NCBI RefSeq assembly: GCF_009834535.1
Contig: NC_045704.1
Span: 9,424,001 to 9,488,000, forward strand
DNA from: Camelus ferus
Taxonomy: Eukaryota
Direction: 5' to 3'
Length of the DNA stretch: 64,000 nucleotides
A program made the translations under genes and the position numbers. The notes beneath the pieces are model-generated. The model made no database searches and was not told the origin of the DNA. It saw only the letters and a program-made list of their open reading frames with translations. Of the stretch, positions 63,031 through 64,000 are shown in pieces. Numbering within the stretch: the first letter of the stretch is position 1; each line of letters begins with the position of its first letter.

Positions 63031-63418
63031 TAATAAAGAAGTTGGTAAAGGTTGTGACTAGTGTCCCAAAGAACCATCTTGCCTGAGTTAGAATTCAGGC
63101 TTCTTTTATACTAAGAGGGGTGGGGAGTAAATTCACACACCTCCTGTTTCACGTCAGCCTCCAGAGGGGAGGTGTTGATTCCTTCCTTCCTGCAGTCATT
63201 CACAGGGGGGCCTGGTCAGGATGTTTCCTGTGAGCCCAACAAAGGTATTTTAGCTCAGTGCTGGTTACCTGGGAGGCAGGGTTCCCAGAGATGGGCCATT
63301 ATGTGTAATTTAAGCTTATAGGCAGCATCCCTTTGGTGATGAACTTGTGGCAAATGCAAAAAGGTTAAAGTAAAAGAAACAGACCAATATGGAGTCAGGT
63401 TTGTTCTTCCCTATTACA
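63031..63418 (-). mobile_element. ERV1 solo LTR, MER41-like
   Basis: Minus strand starts tgtaatagggaagaacaaacctgactccatattgg; internal ttcctgcagtcattcac...ggtcaggatgtttcctgtgag; boundaries approximate. Confidence 0.55.
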
Positions 63419-64000
63419 ATCCAAACAAGAGGTAGTTATGTCTTGGAATGGGAAATGGTGAGAGGTAATCAGATTCAAGGCAGTGTTTGAGTGTTTAAAC
63501 AGCAGATGTGGTTAGAGAATGGAAGTGCAGTGTGGGGTTCAGAGAGGGCTCAAGAGTGACTGCAAGGAATTTAGCCTGAGCTCCAGGAATACTGGAAATG
63601 TTGTTGCTTGAGATGGAATGACCATGGGGTGGAGGGTGGGGGAGCTTTGGGAAAGTATTGGGAGCTCGGTGGTGGACACGCTGAATTTGAGATGCTTGTT
63701 GGACATGCAAGTGAAGACAATGATGAATGGTCAGGTGGATAAACAGATCCATGGTTCAGGAGAACGTTTGTGCAAAGGTCTCCATTCTCTGACTCCTCCT
63801 TAGTTGGGTCAGTGACACCAAGTGTCTACGTGAGAATGATCCCCAGGGATCAAGAGAGGAGAGATGGGACAGAGAGTAAAGGGAAGCTGGGAGACCAGCT
63901 GTGACAGCCTGGGTACAAAAGAATGAGGCGTCAACTGAGGGCGTGGCCATCCGAGGCAGATGCATGAGGCAGAGCAAACACTAGTGACGGGGAAGATGAT

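Noticed and set aside
63150-63320. Possible STAT1 GAS site in the MER41-like LTR
   Set aside because: Nearest matches (ttcctgtga, ttcccagag) do not fit TTCNNNGAA.

Overview
Mammalian genomic DNA, very probably camelid (tRNA-derived camelid-type SINEs at ~623, ~17172 and ~50030; cetartiodactyl-type L1 3' ends). It is syntenic to human 19q13.42, with gene order BRSK1(-, coding exons 1-4 only, continues off the left edge) | HSPBP1(+, complete, 357 aa) | PPP6R1(+, complete, 880 aa) | TMEM86B(+, complete, 225/226 aa) | PTPRH(+, exons 1-11, continues off the right edge). All coding exons were placed by hand from translation plus GT/AG phase continuity. The standout is the PTPRH ectodomain: five 267-bp FN3 exons sit in a near-perfect ~1211-bp tandem array (~54896-60445). 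The repeated introns are almost identical, while the exon copies carry mostly amino-acid-changing differences that toggle N-glycosylation sequons and an unpaired Cys. Each repeated intron carries a dead FN3 exon stub cut by a MER3-like hAT element, and the left array boundary lies in the terminal sequence shared by MER33-like and MER3-like elements, suggesting TE-seeded unequal recombination. Secondary observations: a 30-bp degenerate satellite with ZNF143/THAP11-type motifs in BRSK1 intron 3, an orphan promoter-motif cluster between HSPBP1 and PPP6R1, mirtron-like PPP6R1 introns, and a protein-neutral terminal intron in PPP6R1. Two N gaps are present (465-609, 5506-5741). Repeat family names and human comparisons are from memory, not from database searches.
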